A stretch of DNA of 64,000 nucleotides from contig NW_027117340.1 of assembly GCF_038025025.1 (NCBI RefSeq), positions 2,232,001 through 2,296,000 on the forward strand, in the 5' to 3' direction. The DNA comes from Phyllosticta citribraziliensis (lineage: Eukaryota). Both the position numbers and the translations under genes were made by a program. Positions 1 to 13,200 of the stretch are shown here, piece after piece; within the stretch, counting starts at the first letter, position 1, and every line of letters starts with the position of its first letter. The notes under the pieces are model-generated. The model saw only the letters and a list, made by a program, of their open reading frames with translations, was not told where the DNA came from and ran no database searches.

Positions 1-2278
1 CGACGAGACCGACATAGTAGTCCAATCCTTCCATGGTAGGCAACTCGAAGATGTTCTCCACACAGTGACAGTGTGCAAGGTCTGGGAAAATTCCGGGTAG
101 CGAAGATGGGTAAACGAAGTCCAACTCTGGTTGATAAGTGAACTTCAACGACACTCCGAATTCGTTACGTTGGCGTTCATCGTCGGAGAGTTGGGTCTCC
201 TTCGTTGCCATGGCAGACAGCAAGCGCTTCTCCTCGATAAACGGGATCTTAACCACGGCCTCCCACTCCATCTTCTTGCCGTTCATGTCCAGTTCAAAGT
301 CGCGCGGATAAAAGTCGATGATCGGAGAATCTTTGTTTGTCATCAAGTCGTGGTAGGCAGTCGGGACAATCGTTTTGCTTCGATCGGGAAGGACACCCAT
401 CAACTGCTGGTAGGGCCGGAACGGTTGACCCAATTTGAAGTTCAAGTTCGCAGTAAGACCCTTCTTGACATCTGCAGATGCTGTTAGCACTTCCAACACT
501 GTGTGTGTAGAACACTCGAGCTTACCAGAGATCATGGGAGCGTAATGATAGCCGTAGTACCAGGGCCAAGAAGCCACACCACGGTAGTAATAGTACAGGA
601 CCCACTGCAATCCCTGCACATAGTTCTCCGCCAGCTTCCTCATTTCTTCCTCGTTGTCAACCCCCCAGCCAAGTTTGGACTGGTAATAGTTGTTCTTCCA
701 GTCTTGGTACTTTTCTTCGTACTTTTTCTCCATCGCTGCTTGAACGTCACCAGGTGAGAGGTCTTCAACCTTGGCCTTGTCGTAGCGTTTGAAAACGCGG
801 AAGATGGCGGTCTGAGCCTCTTCATCGTCTTCCTCTTCCTCCTCCTCATCATCGCCCTCGGGCTTTGGAGGGAAAGTCACTTGAATGTGACGCTCGCCCT
901 GATCATCATCCACCGTCTTCCACGGCAAGCGAAGACTCTCTGCTAATTCTTCAACGAACTTTCGATCGCTGGCAGGCAAAGTTGAGGAGAGATCGAGAGG
1001 CTGGGCCGCGCCGCTCGGGGGACGGTTGTTGACATACTGCTTGACCTTCTTGTAGAGCTCCTTTTGGTTGGACGTCATGACGACCTGGCCGCGCCTATTG
1101 GTACGCTCCATGACGTCCTCGCGTCCCATTTGCTTGCCCTTGAACCATGCAGCATCTTGATTTTCCGCTTCAAAAAAGCGGTATTCCACGTGAGAAAGCT
1201 CGTCCAACAAAAGCGCCAATCGCTCAAGATTAATAACGCCGCCCTCGTTGATGTAGCCCTTCGCTTTTGGCAACACCGTTTTGTAAACGTTGAACATCAA
1301 CGCCAAAGCTCCCTCGTTGATGTGAAGATGTGGGAGGTTGGGAAGGAAATCGTTTCCAACAAAAAACGCCATGAGAATGAAGTCGTCGATGACACGTTCC
1401 ATGTCAAAAGGAAAGTCCAGGGCACCAGGCTCTTCTAGTTCTTGGAATTCCAGCTCCAAATACTCGCGGACAAGACAGAGATGCAACAAGAAGAAGTTTT
1501 GGTGTTCCAGTTCCTTGGATTTCTTCTGATTCTGCCGTCCGAAAGTGACTTCCTCGCGCAAAAGGCAGAAATGTGGGTCGTGACTCAGCAGACCCAACAT
1601 GATCAGGTCGGCATCGAGACCGTAAAGACAGTGTCTCCTGTTCGGGTCGTATCCAGGTTGCGCCTTGGCTTGGCGAATGTATTCCATGATCTTGTGTTCT
1701 CCTTCGCCAGGAACCTCGTGGCCGGAAAGGACAATCTCCACGCCTTGCCAGTCTACATCTTCTGAAACCTTCTTATTGACGAAATACTTGAGGTGTCTCG
1801 TCAACCTGGCCATGAACTCCGTTCCGGGTGTAATGCAGTTGCTGTCAAAAGGGGGCTCCTTTGGCATTTCGATGCCCTCTTTGATGGCCTTCTCCCGCGC
1901 TTGCTCTGCATCCAGGGCAGTCCTGAAGCGACGAGCACGCTGTTGGTTCATCTTGGCGCGGGGTGCGACACCATCAATCGCCATGAAAAAAAGCTGTTTG
2001 GGTTTGATCTTCCCGAACAGGTGCTCAATGTAGTTGAATATGGCGATGAACATCTTGTCCTCAGACATGCGGTGGGTCGGCGAGTCCGAATCATTGTGCG
2101 TGCAATTGTGGATGATGCCGTTCATGTCAAGCTGCGCAATTGGTTAGCAATAGGAACGGCGCCGCCAGCTTTGACTCACGTAGAGACAATCGAACTCTGG
2201 TATCCGATTCTCCGCAATGAGCTGGGAGATGGTCGGATACCGCTCAGAAAGCCATCGGAAAAACTTGGGAACACCCAT
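1..2278 (-). CDS. XRN1: 5'-3' exoribonuclease 1, 5' portion (continues beyond the left edge)
   Basis: Exon 1 (2278-2180) reads MGVPKFFRWLSERYPTISQLIAENRIPEFDCLY. A 48-nt GTGAG..GCTAA..CAG intron follows (2179-2132). Exon 2 begins LDMNGIIHNC and the same frame still reads as Xrn1-like protein at base 1. It is absent from the ORF track, probably because no stop falls inside the window. Confidence 0.96.
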
Positions 2279-2681
2279 GATGCCAGTGTAGGAAGGATGT
2301 CAACGGACGCAGAATAGAAGCGAAGTTGTTGACGCAGCTGGGCTGCGGGGAGAGAAACAATATGGCGGTGGGATAACTGATGGCCCAAGTGAAGGCGCTT
2401 GAGCGAATAAAGCGAAAGCAAGAATGAACGACCACACGAGCGTGTAGTCGAGGGTGTCTTGATCTCGACGCGGAGTCTTCGAAGAGAGAGAAGGAAAGGC
2501 GGAGGCGACCCCAGGCAGGGCAGCTAACATCATCGCCGGCCGCCAGGCCCGTGCGGCACGTTGCCGATCTTCCGGGGATCAGCCGGCGCAGATGAGCTTC
2601 ACGCGTCCGACAGCTGCAAGCGCGTCCGCCTCAACACCATCGTGTTCGATTCCGCGCCACAAACCACTGCCACTCGCAATT

Positions 2682-4249
2682 ATGGAAGATCGCAGGATGA
2701 TGGGTATGTGGGACTTGCTGCTCTCCTTCTTCCATTCTCCATACACAGAAACACTTTATTCGAAGCTTGGAGACATTGCTTATGCGCGTTGGAATCACAG
2801 ATCCCGAGGAGCAGGCCCGCGAGGCGGACGAGGAGCTCGTTGAAGCAAAGGTGGCGAACGAGGAATACAAAATGTGGAAGAAGAATTCGCCCTTTCTCTA
2901 CGACGTCCTCTTTGCGTGAGTTGCGCCGCTCTCGATGACGACTCGGACGAAAAGTTGACACCCAGGCAGCCAGGCTTTGGATTGGCCTGCTTTGACAGCG
3001 CAGTGGCTTCCTGACAAGCAGGAGTAAGTCTGATGAAATCAGAATTCCTCAATTCCTCGACTGACGAGAATGACAGAGTCCCCGGCTCCAACCTCGCCAA
3101 GCACCGTTTGATATACGGCACCCACACCTCGTCCAAGTCCCAAAACTACCTTCACATTGCTTCCATTGAGATACCCACCCTACAAGCTCCTGACCCATCC
3201 GATTACGACGCCCAGAAAGGCGAAATAGGCGGCCATGGCGCGGCCAAGACACCCTTTCAATTCACGACGGTCCAGCGCATCAACCACCCCAGCGAGATCA
3301 ACAAGGCTCGATACATGCCGCAGAACCCCAATCTCATTGCCACATGGTGCACGGACGGAAGAGTCCTCGTGTTCGACCGGACCAAGCACAGCAGCGAGCC
3401 CGACCCCAGCGGTGTCTCGAAACCGGATATTGAGCTGGTTGGCCACGAAGCCGAGGGCTTTGGCCTGAGCTGGAACCCACAGGAGGAGGGATGGCTAGCT
3501 ACCGGCTCGGAGGATTGCACCGTCAGGCTGTGGAACACGAAGGGAGATTTCAACAAGAACGACCCGACGATTCGCCCTGCGAGGACGTTTGAACACCATA
3601 CCGCCATCGTCAACGATGTGCAGCACAATCCAATCAATCCCTTCCTGTTGGGCTCCGTCTCCGATGATCTCACGCTTCAGATCCTCGACACTCGCCAAGA
3701 AACGAACAAGGTTGCGCTCCATCGAAAGGACGCTCACGCCGACGCGGTCAACTGCCTGGCATTCCATCCCCACTGGGAATCCATCGTTGCAACGGGCTCA
3801 TCCGACCACACCGTGGGTCTGTGGGATCTGCGATTCCTGGACAAGAAGCTCCATAGTCTCGAGAACCATACCCAGACCGTCATCAACGTTGACTGGCACC
3901 CAACGGACAGCGCAGTCCTTGCTAGCGCCAGCGTGGACAAGCGCATCAACTTCTGGGACGTCAGCAAGATTGGAGAGGAACAGACTCCAGAGGAGGCTGA
4001 AGACGGCCCGCCAGAGCTGTACGTATTGATAGATCAACATGGTGCGCATTTTGCTGACTGCAACACACGAACAGGCTCTTCATCCACGGTGGCTTCACCA
4101 ACAGCGTCACCGACTTCAGCTGGAACCGGAACGATCCGTGGTTCATGCTCGCCACGGCCGAGGACAACCAACTGCAGATTTTCAGGCCGGCGAGGACCAT
4201 TGTGCAGGCGCCGCAGAAGAAGGTGACGAACAGAGACATTTCCGAGTAG
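2682..4249 (+). CDS. HAT2: Histone acetyltransferase type B subunit 2 / RBBP4-7 family WD40 histone chaperone
   Basis: Exons 2682-2703, 2801-2915, 2970-3023, 3077-4018, 4075-4249. Motifs: NEEYKMWKKNSPFLYD, ALDWPALTAQWLPD, HRLIYGTHTS, WD40 repeats, EQTPEEAEDGPPELLFIHGG. Confidence 0.93.
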
Positions 4250-4800
4250 TCAAGTCTAAAATGATGCGAGTTGAGGGCGCGAGAGCTGGCTCGCAAGTGC
4301 ATGGCGTTATGGCGGGACTCATTAGGTGGGAGAAGGCAGGACTTTAGAGCCAAGCACAGCAACGGGGCGCCTGCTTAATCGTCAGGAGAAAGGCCTGGCT
4401 AAGCGCAGGATCAAAAGTACGCAGCTTCAGGTCTGCATTAGCAATACTTGAAAATGGGATTCAAATTTCAAAACCTCCCCTAACAAGGCCGTCTGCCTTT
4501 CCTCCACCCACAGGTTTCGAGATTGTCCAACTCTTCGTTTCCTTTGGCAGGCCTTTGTATTCTACTCCATCCGACCGCTTGACGAATGAGCGTAGCTGAA
4601 TCCACTCCCCCCCCTTTCCGTACTTATGCCTTCCCTCAATTTCCTGTGCTGTGCAGCTTGTAGAATCTGTGTCAAGCATTCTGTTCGCGTCTTCCGTTCC
4701 TTGCTGTGCTTGCTTGAGACAAGTAAGCGATAGTCCAACCACGGAGCAATGCTTCTCAGAGTCGATATGCAGAACCACTGGCCCAGGAGTTGGGTCCTTC

Positions 4801-6713
4801 TTAAGTGCTGATATTGGTTGGTCCAAAAAGGCTGGGCGTAGCCTGAGCGTTGCTTGTGTCGGCTTCAGAGCTGCTTGGAGCAGACAGAGAGTGACTCGGG
4901 GCAGCACCAGCAGAGCCAGGCTCGGACTCGGCAGCCTTCTGCTCATCACGCAACTTCTGGGCGGCCTGCTGAGCCTCAAGCGTAGCCCTGTAGCCCTTGA
5001 GAACGTCAACGTAGCCAAGCTTGTTCTTGAAACGCCTCTTCAGGTCCTCGTTGTTCGGCAGCGGGATGGGCTCGCCAGTGCGCCAGTTTACGTAGCCCCA
5101 GAGCATGAAGTCGACAAAGCAGCGGTTCATGTCGAGCTGGCGACGGACGCACTCACCAAGGAGCAGCTCGTCGGGACGCAATAGCGGCGGGCGGCCCGGT
5201 GTCCAGTCCTCGCACGAAAGGCTGCTGATCTTGCTCGCGGGCACGCCGAACATGGGGAGGTTCTTGGGGTTCTCAAAGCCCGGCGGCGCATAGTCCCACT
5301 CGACAACCATGGTGAGCAGCTCCGTCTGCGTGTTCAGGCGCCAGCCGCGGAGCGCCTCCCACAGTGGCTCGAGGCTGCGCTGCGCCAGGAGCAGCTGGGA
5401 GAGCACGCACTCGCCGTCACCAGTTATAGGGTCTGAGAAGCGCATGTCGAGCTTCATCAGGAACATGAGGGCGACGAACAGGTCGCGATTGTGCCAGACG
5501 CGGTCGTTACGGATCAAGCTGAGCCGAAGCGCGGTGCGCGGAAGATCCAGTAGCATCCACATTTTGAGCAGGACCTCTTGAATGGGGTGTGGGAACCGGT
5601 GGCCCTCGAGCGCCATGGCAAGAAGAATGTCGTGAGAGACGGCTTCCCGAAAGGCCACCATCTGCAGCCACTTGGGACTAGGCACCACGCGTCCGCGCTG
5701 GGTTGGGTCTTTGGGGTGGGGACGGAGGACCGGGTCAACGATGCAGAGACTGCGACGGAAAGTGTACGGTGTGATTCTCATAGCGAGCGGGGCGTGAACA
5801 CGTGCGAGGGCCAACATATACGTAGTCATGTGCGAGTTGACGAGGTAGTAGAACTTCTTGCTGATGCAGTACATGTTCAGGAAGTCGTTGACTTCCATGT
5901 GCCTGGCAACGTTGAGAGTGAGGTCGCTTTGGCTAAATATGGCCTCAAAAAGGTTGAAAGCGCGTGGGCGGAGGCCCTTGGTGGCGAGATTGGCTTTGCC
6001 AAATAGAGGGAACGATTTGCCTGGCCTAGTAGCTTCAGGGGCCATGAGCTTCCTCATAGGTGAGATCAGGCTTGTGACCGGTCCGTTCGGCGGCGACGAG
6101 AGAACATCTTGCATCGGAATATCCTTGGGAGGTGGCGTGGGAGCACGTTCTTCGACATCTATGGCTCTGCCTTTGCCTTTGTTTGTGAAGCGGACCGGAG
6201 GATCCTTGGGTGGAGGCGTCGGAGGGCGAACTTCAGCGTATGTCGCCCTACCTTTGCCCTTTCCCGAGTAGTAGGCGGGCTCTGGTTCATGATAATCTTC
6301 AACATATGCGGCTCTGCTGTTGCCTTCGACCGGGTAGGAGATGTCTGGTTGGTAACCGGTTCCTTGTTGGGTGACGAAATGACTGCCAGAGCTGCCTTGA
6401 GCCTCGACCAAGACTGAGAGGGGAATATGGTTGCGTCGTTCTGACAAGTTTGAAGAGGATGGAGTCGAAAAGTTGTTGGTAGAGTGGCTGCTGCCGCTCA
6501 CGCTGGAGCTGCTAGGATCCTGAGAGTCTGAGAAACGTGAGCTCGATGCCGAAAAGCTCGTGGTAGAGACCGCTTACCTTGGCCGTTGATTTGGTGGTTG
6601 CTGTGACTGGAAGCCCCGTCGGGCGCGTCCGTCATCTCATGATCCTCAGAGGTATTTTGCTGCTGGTTCTCAGCAGTGGGGACGGGGGCCTGTGAAAACC
6701 CCTTCCCAAACAT
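4801..6713 (-). CDS. Fungal hypothetical protein (disordered N-terminus, helical core)
   Basis: 566-aa ORF 6501-4801 with coding-type codon bias. It joins in frame to exon 6713-6578 (MFGKGFSQ...) through a 50-nt GTAAG..CAG intron (6577-6528). Confidence 0.8.
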
Positions 6714-7345
6714 CTTGAAGGGAATGTTCAAATTGGGATGTTTCTCGGTTCTGTCCAAAGGGAGAAGGCGTGTTGTTTGGTGGAAGCTGTTTCGGTGGAG
6801 GAAAACAGAAGCATACCTTACACACAGCTCTTCGCCGACACCATGTTACGCAAGTAGGACTAGCGGGTGATTAGAAAGGTTTAGCGCCACCTGGTTCGAA
6901 GCATGGTAAACTGAAGTGAAAATGACAGAAATATGGGGTGCTCTGTATCTGGAAACTGACATCTTCGTTATTGATAGATGCCAGGATTCCAGACAAGGCA
7001 TGTGAACATCATAAAGATAGAAGCGGCAAGACAAAAACCCCGTTCCATTTCGTTAAAGCAGTAGACTACCACAAATCATTTTCGAAAGATGGGGTATAGA
7101 GGCCGCGAGGCTGGATGAGTCTCCATCTACTGGAGACTGAGCGCCTGTTGAAAGGCACGGCAAAATCTGCTTGGATGCAGTGGTTAATAGTACAGATGCA
7201 AGATGTATCACGCATCAAAGCCATGCCGCCGCCCGCCATTGTGGTGGATGAGCACCGTAGCCCCTCCAAACGCCAGAGTTCGAGCCGAGCAGTAACGCCA
7301 AACCGGTAATTGTATCCAAGACCATGCAATAATTTTGGGATGCGC

Positions 7346-8422
7346 CTAGCGTCTCCCGAAAACGAGGTTGAGAAATTCTTCCCGGGTTTTCGCTCTGGAA
7401 CGCATAGCACCGAGCATGCAGCTAGTGGTTGTCGTGGAGGTAGTCTTTTCAACGCCGCGCATGACCATGCAGAGGTGGCTTGATTCCATGACGACGGCGA
7501 CACCTTGGGGTTGGAGCACCTCTGAGAGAGCAAGGGCAACTTGCTTGGTGAGGCGTTCCTGGACTTGCAATCGTCGCGCAAACATCTCGGCAATCCGAGC
7601 AAGCTTTGAAAGACCCAGAACGCGGCGATTGGGAATGTATCCAATGTGCATCTACGCAAGTAAGCCAACGAGTTGTATCTCTGTGCCAATGTGATTCTAC
7701 CTTTCCAGTGAAGGGGACCAAGTGGTGCTCGCAGAGCGAAAACACTTCGATGTCCTTGACAATGACGAGCTCGTCGTGGTCCTCGTGGAAAACTGCCCTG
7801 TTGACGATATCAAAAAGATTCTCTTCGTAGCCCTTGGTAAAGAACATCATGGCTTTGGCATATCGTTCCGGGGTTTCCAAAAGACCCTCGCGGTTAGGGT
7901 CTTCGCCCAGGCATTCGAGTATGGTCCTGACTGCGCCAGAGAGCTTTGCCAGACGCTCTTGTTTCTGTTCTTCGGTCGCTTCTTTGCGCTCCCTTGTCCC
8001 CAGACCTGGCGTAGCCTCAGTCAGTGTCATGAACATTGTACCGATGGAAGGGAGTTCTCACTGGGCCAGCTCAGCCCGTCAAAGTCTATCGTCGGGTGTT
8101 GTGTGAAAGGGCTTTGAGGTCTGCTTGTTGCCAGTGGCGTGAGAGGGCCCGCAGTGTCGCGAGGATCACGAGCATGCTCCTCGTCGAGGCCGTTGACGGC
8201 CGCAGCCTTTCCGTTGGCCGAATCCACCTTGGAGTGTATTTGGGGCTTCGCGTAAACGCCGTTCGGTGCTGACAGGTCTATGGGTTGTCTGGCGCTGCTC
8301 AAAGTCTGGATTGAGGCGTAAAGATTCTCGCGTTCCTTGCGGTCCCTGGCTTCGGTGTGCGTAAGGCCGTTGGAGACGTGCGGAGGGACTGCGGAGAGCG
8401 GCTGGGGGTGCTCTGGTTCCAT
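7346..8422 (-). CDS. FOL2: GTP cyclohydrolase I
   Basis: Exons 8422-8062, 8005-7701, 7651-7346. Motifs: [62 protein letters not shown]. Confidence 0.97.
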
Positions 8423-10260
8423 TGCGGCAAAATTCTTTGGGGACTGGTTCGGCCGGATTGGTCGTGGATTTGGCGGTGGTATTGTTGAGCGGAAAACGGG
8501 AGCGATGATACAAAGTCTACAGGGCCATGGCTCACGGGGCGCAGGTCGAGGTCGGGCACTTTTTCGCAGTCGGTCGTAAGCTGCCTGGGACAGAAAAGAT
8601 GCTATGACACATGTCCGTCGTCGGGGGACGGGAGTTTTCCATTCTGTTTGACCGCCGGCGAAGCCCAAAATGACGTTAGCGGTTAGAGCCGTACGTCGCC
8701 AAGAAGGCTCCCCGCCGCAACACTGGCCGACCCGACGAGTCTTGGCCGCAGCTCCTCACAACCTAACTGCACCCCCCGCCTCACCATCAGCTCTGGACCA
8801 ACGCCTTCGCCATCTTCATCGCCATTCTTCCCTGCGCTGGCCACCACGGCTTCGCTCCGCCTCCCTCGCTCGCTCGCGCCGGGTGCGGCCTTCAACTCGG
8901 CATTGACGACACCACAAACGCGACAGCTCAGCATCCACACTGCCCTGCCCTCACGGGAACCTTGAGCCTCGACCGGTCGGCCTAGGTGAACCCTTGCTAC
9001 GACGACCATTTCCAGATTGACGTTGCGATACGCGATGGGAGGCATCGGTGTTCTCGCCCGGCGGTCTGCGCGGAAGCGCCGTGGTGTTTCCATTCCGCAA
9101 CTAGGGGCGGGACATGGCTGGAAGTTGGATGCTGAATGCTCGGATGGAAGCTGTTTTTCAGACTTTAGTTTCTGCTCTACTAACCCGCGCCGTGAGCTCC
9201 CTCGTCTAGGGATGCTAGGTGTCTTCGCATATGGAGATGGTGGCTGGGAGTCCAGCTACGCTTTGTCGTCAGCCGAGGCATCGTCACCTTGAGCTTGAAG
9301 ACTTGTCTCGGCGCATCGCAAAACGAATCGAACGACAGCATTTGCTGCCGCCGCCAACCTCGAGCCTGGACTCAAGCTGACCCACCATTGATGGGGGCGC
9401 CGTGCGACTCAACCCAGGCTGGCCGGCCTTCAGCGAGCGTTTGTGGAGAAAAAGAATGTCTGTTGAAGCGGTACATTGTTGCAAGTACATTGACGTGTAA
9501 GCTGGGCGATTTGGGTCCTGGCTGAGGACGCTTCATGAAAGAACAACACCAGCTGCCACAGTCGAGGCCAAGCCGAGTCTTTGGCATCTCCGCGCCGTGG
9601 AGGTTCCTTGACATCTACAGCATCCGTCAGGTGTTCAGCTGCCGTGGCCGCACCGATTCTGATTGCATTGAGGATCCCCACACACGACGCCGTGCACCGG
9701 CAGCCAGTCGGACGAGATTCACAGTCGTTCGGCTTGAATCGCGCAGCATTGTTTCGTAGATAGCTTGGATGTGGCGGTTGGCAGACGGCACGTGAGAAGC
9801 GGAGCTTGGATGTGGGCGGCGGACGGCGGCAAAACACAGCAACAGTGCACGATTGACGGCATCGATTGAGTCGCTCTCTCGACTCCAAGGCTGCGACGAC
9901 GCTTCGCTCCATACTGACACATTCTGAAGATTTGACGTTGGGACTCTCCGCCGGCGTCAGGCCGCTTAGATCACCGCGACGGCTACGCTTAGCCGGCTTC
10001 GGGAGACGGACGGGTCAGAAGCAGAGAGCCTCACCCATTTCGTGCTCTTCACCACCACCTTCTATCGCGCTGCCCGTGGCTCAATCTGACGCTCAAGCCG
10101 GCGCGAATCTGCTCTTCCCTTCTTTTTGCCTTTTTTCACCCCGCGTCGCCGGGCCGAGTCGCTGCCTCGGTGCACCGTCTTCCCATCTTCGCGTCTCGCA
10201 AAGCGTGCCCGACACCTGCATTCTGCTCGAAAGAGCTCCATGTCTTCTTGACCTCCATCT

Positions 10261-13200
10261 ATGGCTGGGTCAACGCCGTTGGTAGATCAGTGGCGACCCG
10301 AGGAACTAGCACCACGGAACAGAGGCAGGGCCAAGGGTGAGGGTAGCCCGTCGAGAGAGCGGGGACAATCGCCAGCTGCAGCGCGCCGCGGACGAGGCCA
10401 CGAGAGGAACGCTCCAAGTCGCCAGTCTCCATACCCCGAACACCACCACCGCAATCGTCCACCCAACCACTCGGGCCCACGGTCGCGCGAGAGGAGTAGG
10501 AGCAGGTCGCGTCGCAGAAGTCGAGACAGGCGGTCCCCTACGCCAAGAGATCCAAAGGACGACCTCTACCGACCGTTGGGGAGAACCAGAGAATCCGGCG
10601 GAGAGAAGCCTCCACGCGAACACAGGCATCGACACGAATCCCCCTCGTCCGCAAAACGACGACGTAGCCCGACGCCCCCCATCTCCAAAGACCATTACAA
10701 GCGCTCGAGGCGCCACCGTAGCCCCAGCCTCGAGGGACCGCCCTCGCGTTCCCGTCCAGCGGATAGGCACGGAGACAAAACCTTCTCTCCACGTCCAGCA
10801 CGCAGCGAGCGGGCTGCAACGCGTCGCTCATCGCCAGACTCCCATATCCGCACCTCGACACGACCAAGTTCGCGCTCGGACGAATCTCACGCCAGACGCG
10901 CACCGTCTCCGGGACATCATAAACGAGCTGCCAGCCCCAACAGACGAGAGCCATCACGGAGGGACGATCACCGTCGACGTTCCTCTCCTCGAAGGCATAC
11001 AAATCGGCGACGGACGCCGTCTGTTGAGGACAGAACCAAGGGTCACAAGCCGTCTTCTGGGTCATTGTTGAGGAGGCATAAAGATACCGACGTTCGGCCA
11101 TCTCGACGGCCAGTCCGTTCGCCGACCCCACCATCCAAGCGATCTCTATCCCCTCCACGAAGGCGACTTTCTCCTCCGAGGTCAGAAAAAAGACTTCACC
11201 ACCCTCGCCAGTCGCCGCGGCGCAGAAGCACACGTTCGCCACCGGTTTCAGCACGCCACAGATACGGCACAGACCCTCGCGCTTCCCGCGAGCTTGATCC
11301 ACCCCGATCAAGCAGACCTGGTTCTCGACGAAGCACGCCGCAGCCTCGAGCGGGCTACGAGTCTGATACTGCAAGGTCCGTCGACGAGGACAGAAGGATG
11401 CGGGAACCATATCCCAACCAGGGAAGACCCTCCCGGCCTCCAGTCGACACTCGAAGCTACTCCAATACTCCACCGTATGCCACACCGTCGCATCTTTCGC
11501 CTCAGTCACAGTCTCCATACCACGGCGGCAGAGGGGGTTGGAGTGGTCAGCAGCCTTATTACGGAAATCAAGGGTGAGCTTTCAACAGTTCAGATATAAC
11601 GAACGTGCCTTTTTGCTGATGCGTTACAGATCTCCCCCGCCTGCATATTCCCCTAACCAATCAACGTATCCAGGGAGTTATCCTCCATCGCAAAACTCGT
11701 ATTACCATCAACCTTCGTATGGCACTCAACAACAACCTGGCTATCAGCAACCGCCTGCTTCATACCGCGGAAACCACGGCGCTTACCGGGGTAATCATTA
11801 CAACTCTGCAGATCGCCGCTATCCCCCATCGACGTCAACGTATTCAGCCCCACCTGCCAACATGAACCGTGGACGTGGCCATTACAGCAACTTGTCGTGG
11901 ACGCCTGCCACTGGAAGCAGAGGCGGCCGTGCCCCCATCGACAAGCATCGGAGTCTCATCGCCCCCTCGGCCATGAACATGAGCGGTGGTGCGTCCCAAT
12001 CCCAAGTCTCGGATCAGGCGACGTCACCGGTAGATGAAGAGGATAATCCCTTTCGGCCATCAAAGGACTTGCGGGTCGAGGACCAGAATTCAAAGGAGGA
12101 AATGGCGATGCCGCCACCCACCAAGCCGAGTAGCGACAGTGGTCATGGGCAAGGTGGCACCAAAATCAGTTTCGCTCTCAAGTCAAAAGCGGGACCGCAA
12201 GCTGGATCAAATCCCAAGGCAGACTTGACATCAAAACCACGGGAGCCATCTGTGCTCGAAGTTGCTTCGACCAAGGGCAAACCCATTCCGGTTTCTTCGT
12301 CAAACTCCAAGCCAAGATTTGATCCACGAAGCGACCCACGCAGTGACCTGCGAAGTGACCCACGAAACGACCCTCGCAACGACCCTCGCAGCGACCCTCG
12401 CAATGATCCTCGAACCGATCCTCGAACCGATCCTCGAACCGATCCTCGAACCGATCCTCGAGCCGACCGCCGCTACGACCCATACGACCGCAGGTCTGAC
12501 TACCGTGCAGAGGACAGGAGGTCAAATCACAGGTACGATGAACGAAGGTCAGACTATAGGTACTCGGATCGTGAGGAGAGAAGACCGGACTACAGGGCCA
12601 TGGACGACCGAAGATCCGACTACAGAAGAGATGATAGGGATAGGCGGTCTGATTGGGACGATCGGAGGTCAGATTCTGGGGCATCGGCTTTCCGTCCCAC
12701 GGATTTCAAGGTCACCGAATACAGACACCCAGAGCCAAGAGCGCGGAGGCCCGAGCCAAAACCGCCAGCTCCACGCTTTGAAAAGAGGATTATGAAGCGT
12801 CCCAAGCCAAAACCAGTCTTAAAACCAGAGTTTCAAACATCCGACTCTGTCTACTATCGAAAGCCCGGAAACGAATCAGTTGTGGGGTCTGGAACTTATG
12901 GAAAGGTTTTCAAGGCCATTCATGTCTACACCAATGATCAGGTTGCGCTCAAGAAGATTCGAATGGAGGGTGAACGAGACGGAGTAAGTTTTAATCTGCA
13001 TTTCGCTCATTCCAGGCTAACACATTGTAGTTCCCAGTCACGGCGATTCGCGAAATCAAGTTGCTGCAGTCTCTCAATCATGACAACATTGTCAAGCTGC
13101 AAGAGGTCATGGTCGAGCGCAATGATTGCTTCATGGTGTTTGAATATCTTTCACACGACTTGACGGGACTGCTCAACCACCCCCACTTCAAGCTTGAGGC

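Noticed and set aside
131..2317. Plus-strand ORFs over XRN1, and similar antisense ORFs (10538-11518, 13151-13759, 34821-35675, 36861-37625)
   Set aside because: They are shadow frames of real genes on the other strand, expected in GC-rich coding DNA.
4461..5018. 185-aa minus ORF as an extra exon of the 4801-6713 gene
   Set aside because: No convincing donor/acceptor pair links it, and the main ORF has its own stop at 4801.
12321..12464. Regular repeats as a CRISPR-like array
   Set aside because: These are contiguous 12-bp units without spacers, in frame within a eukaryotic kinase exon.
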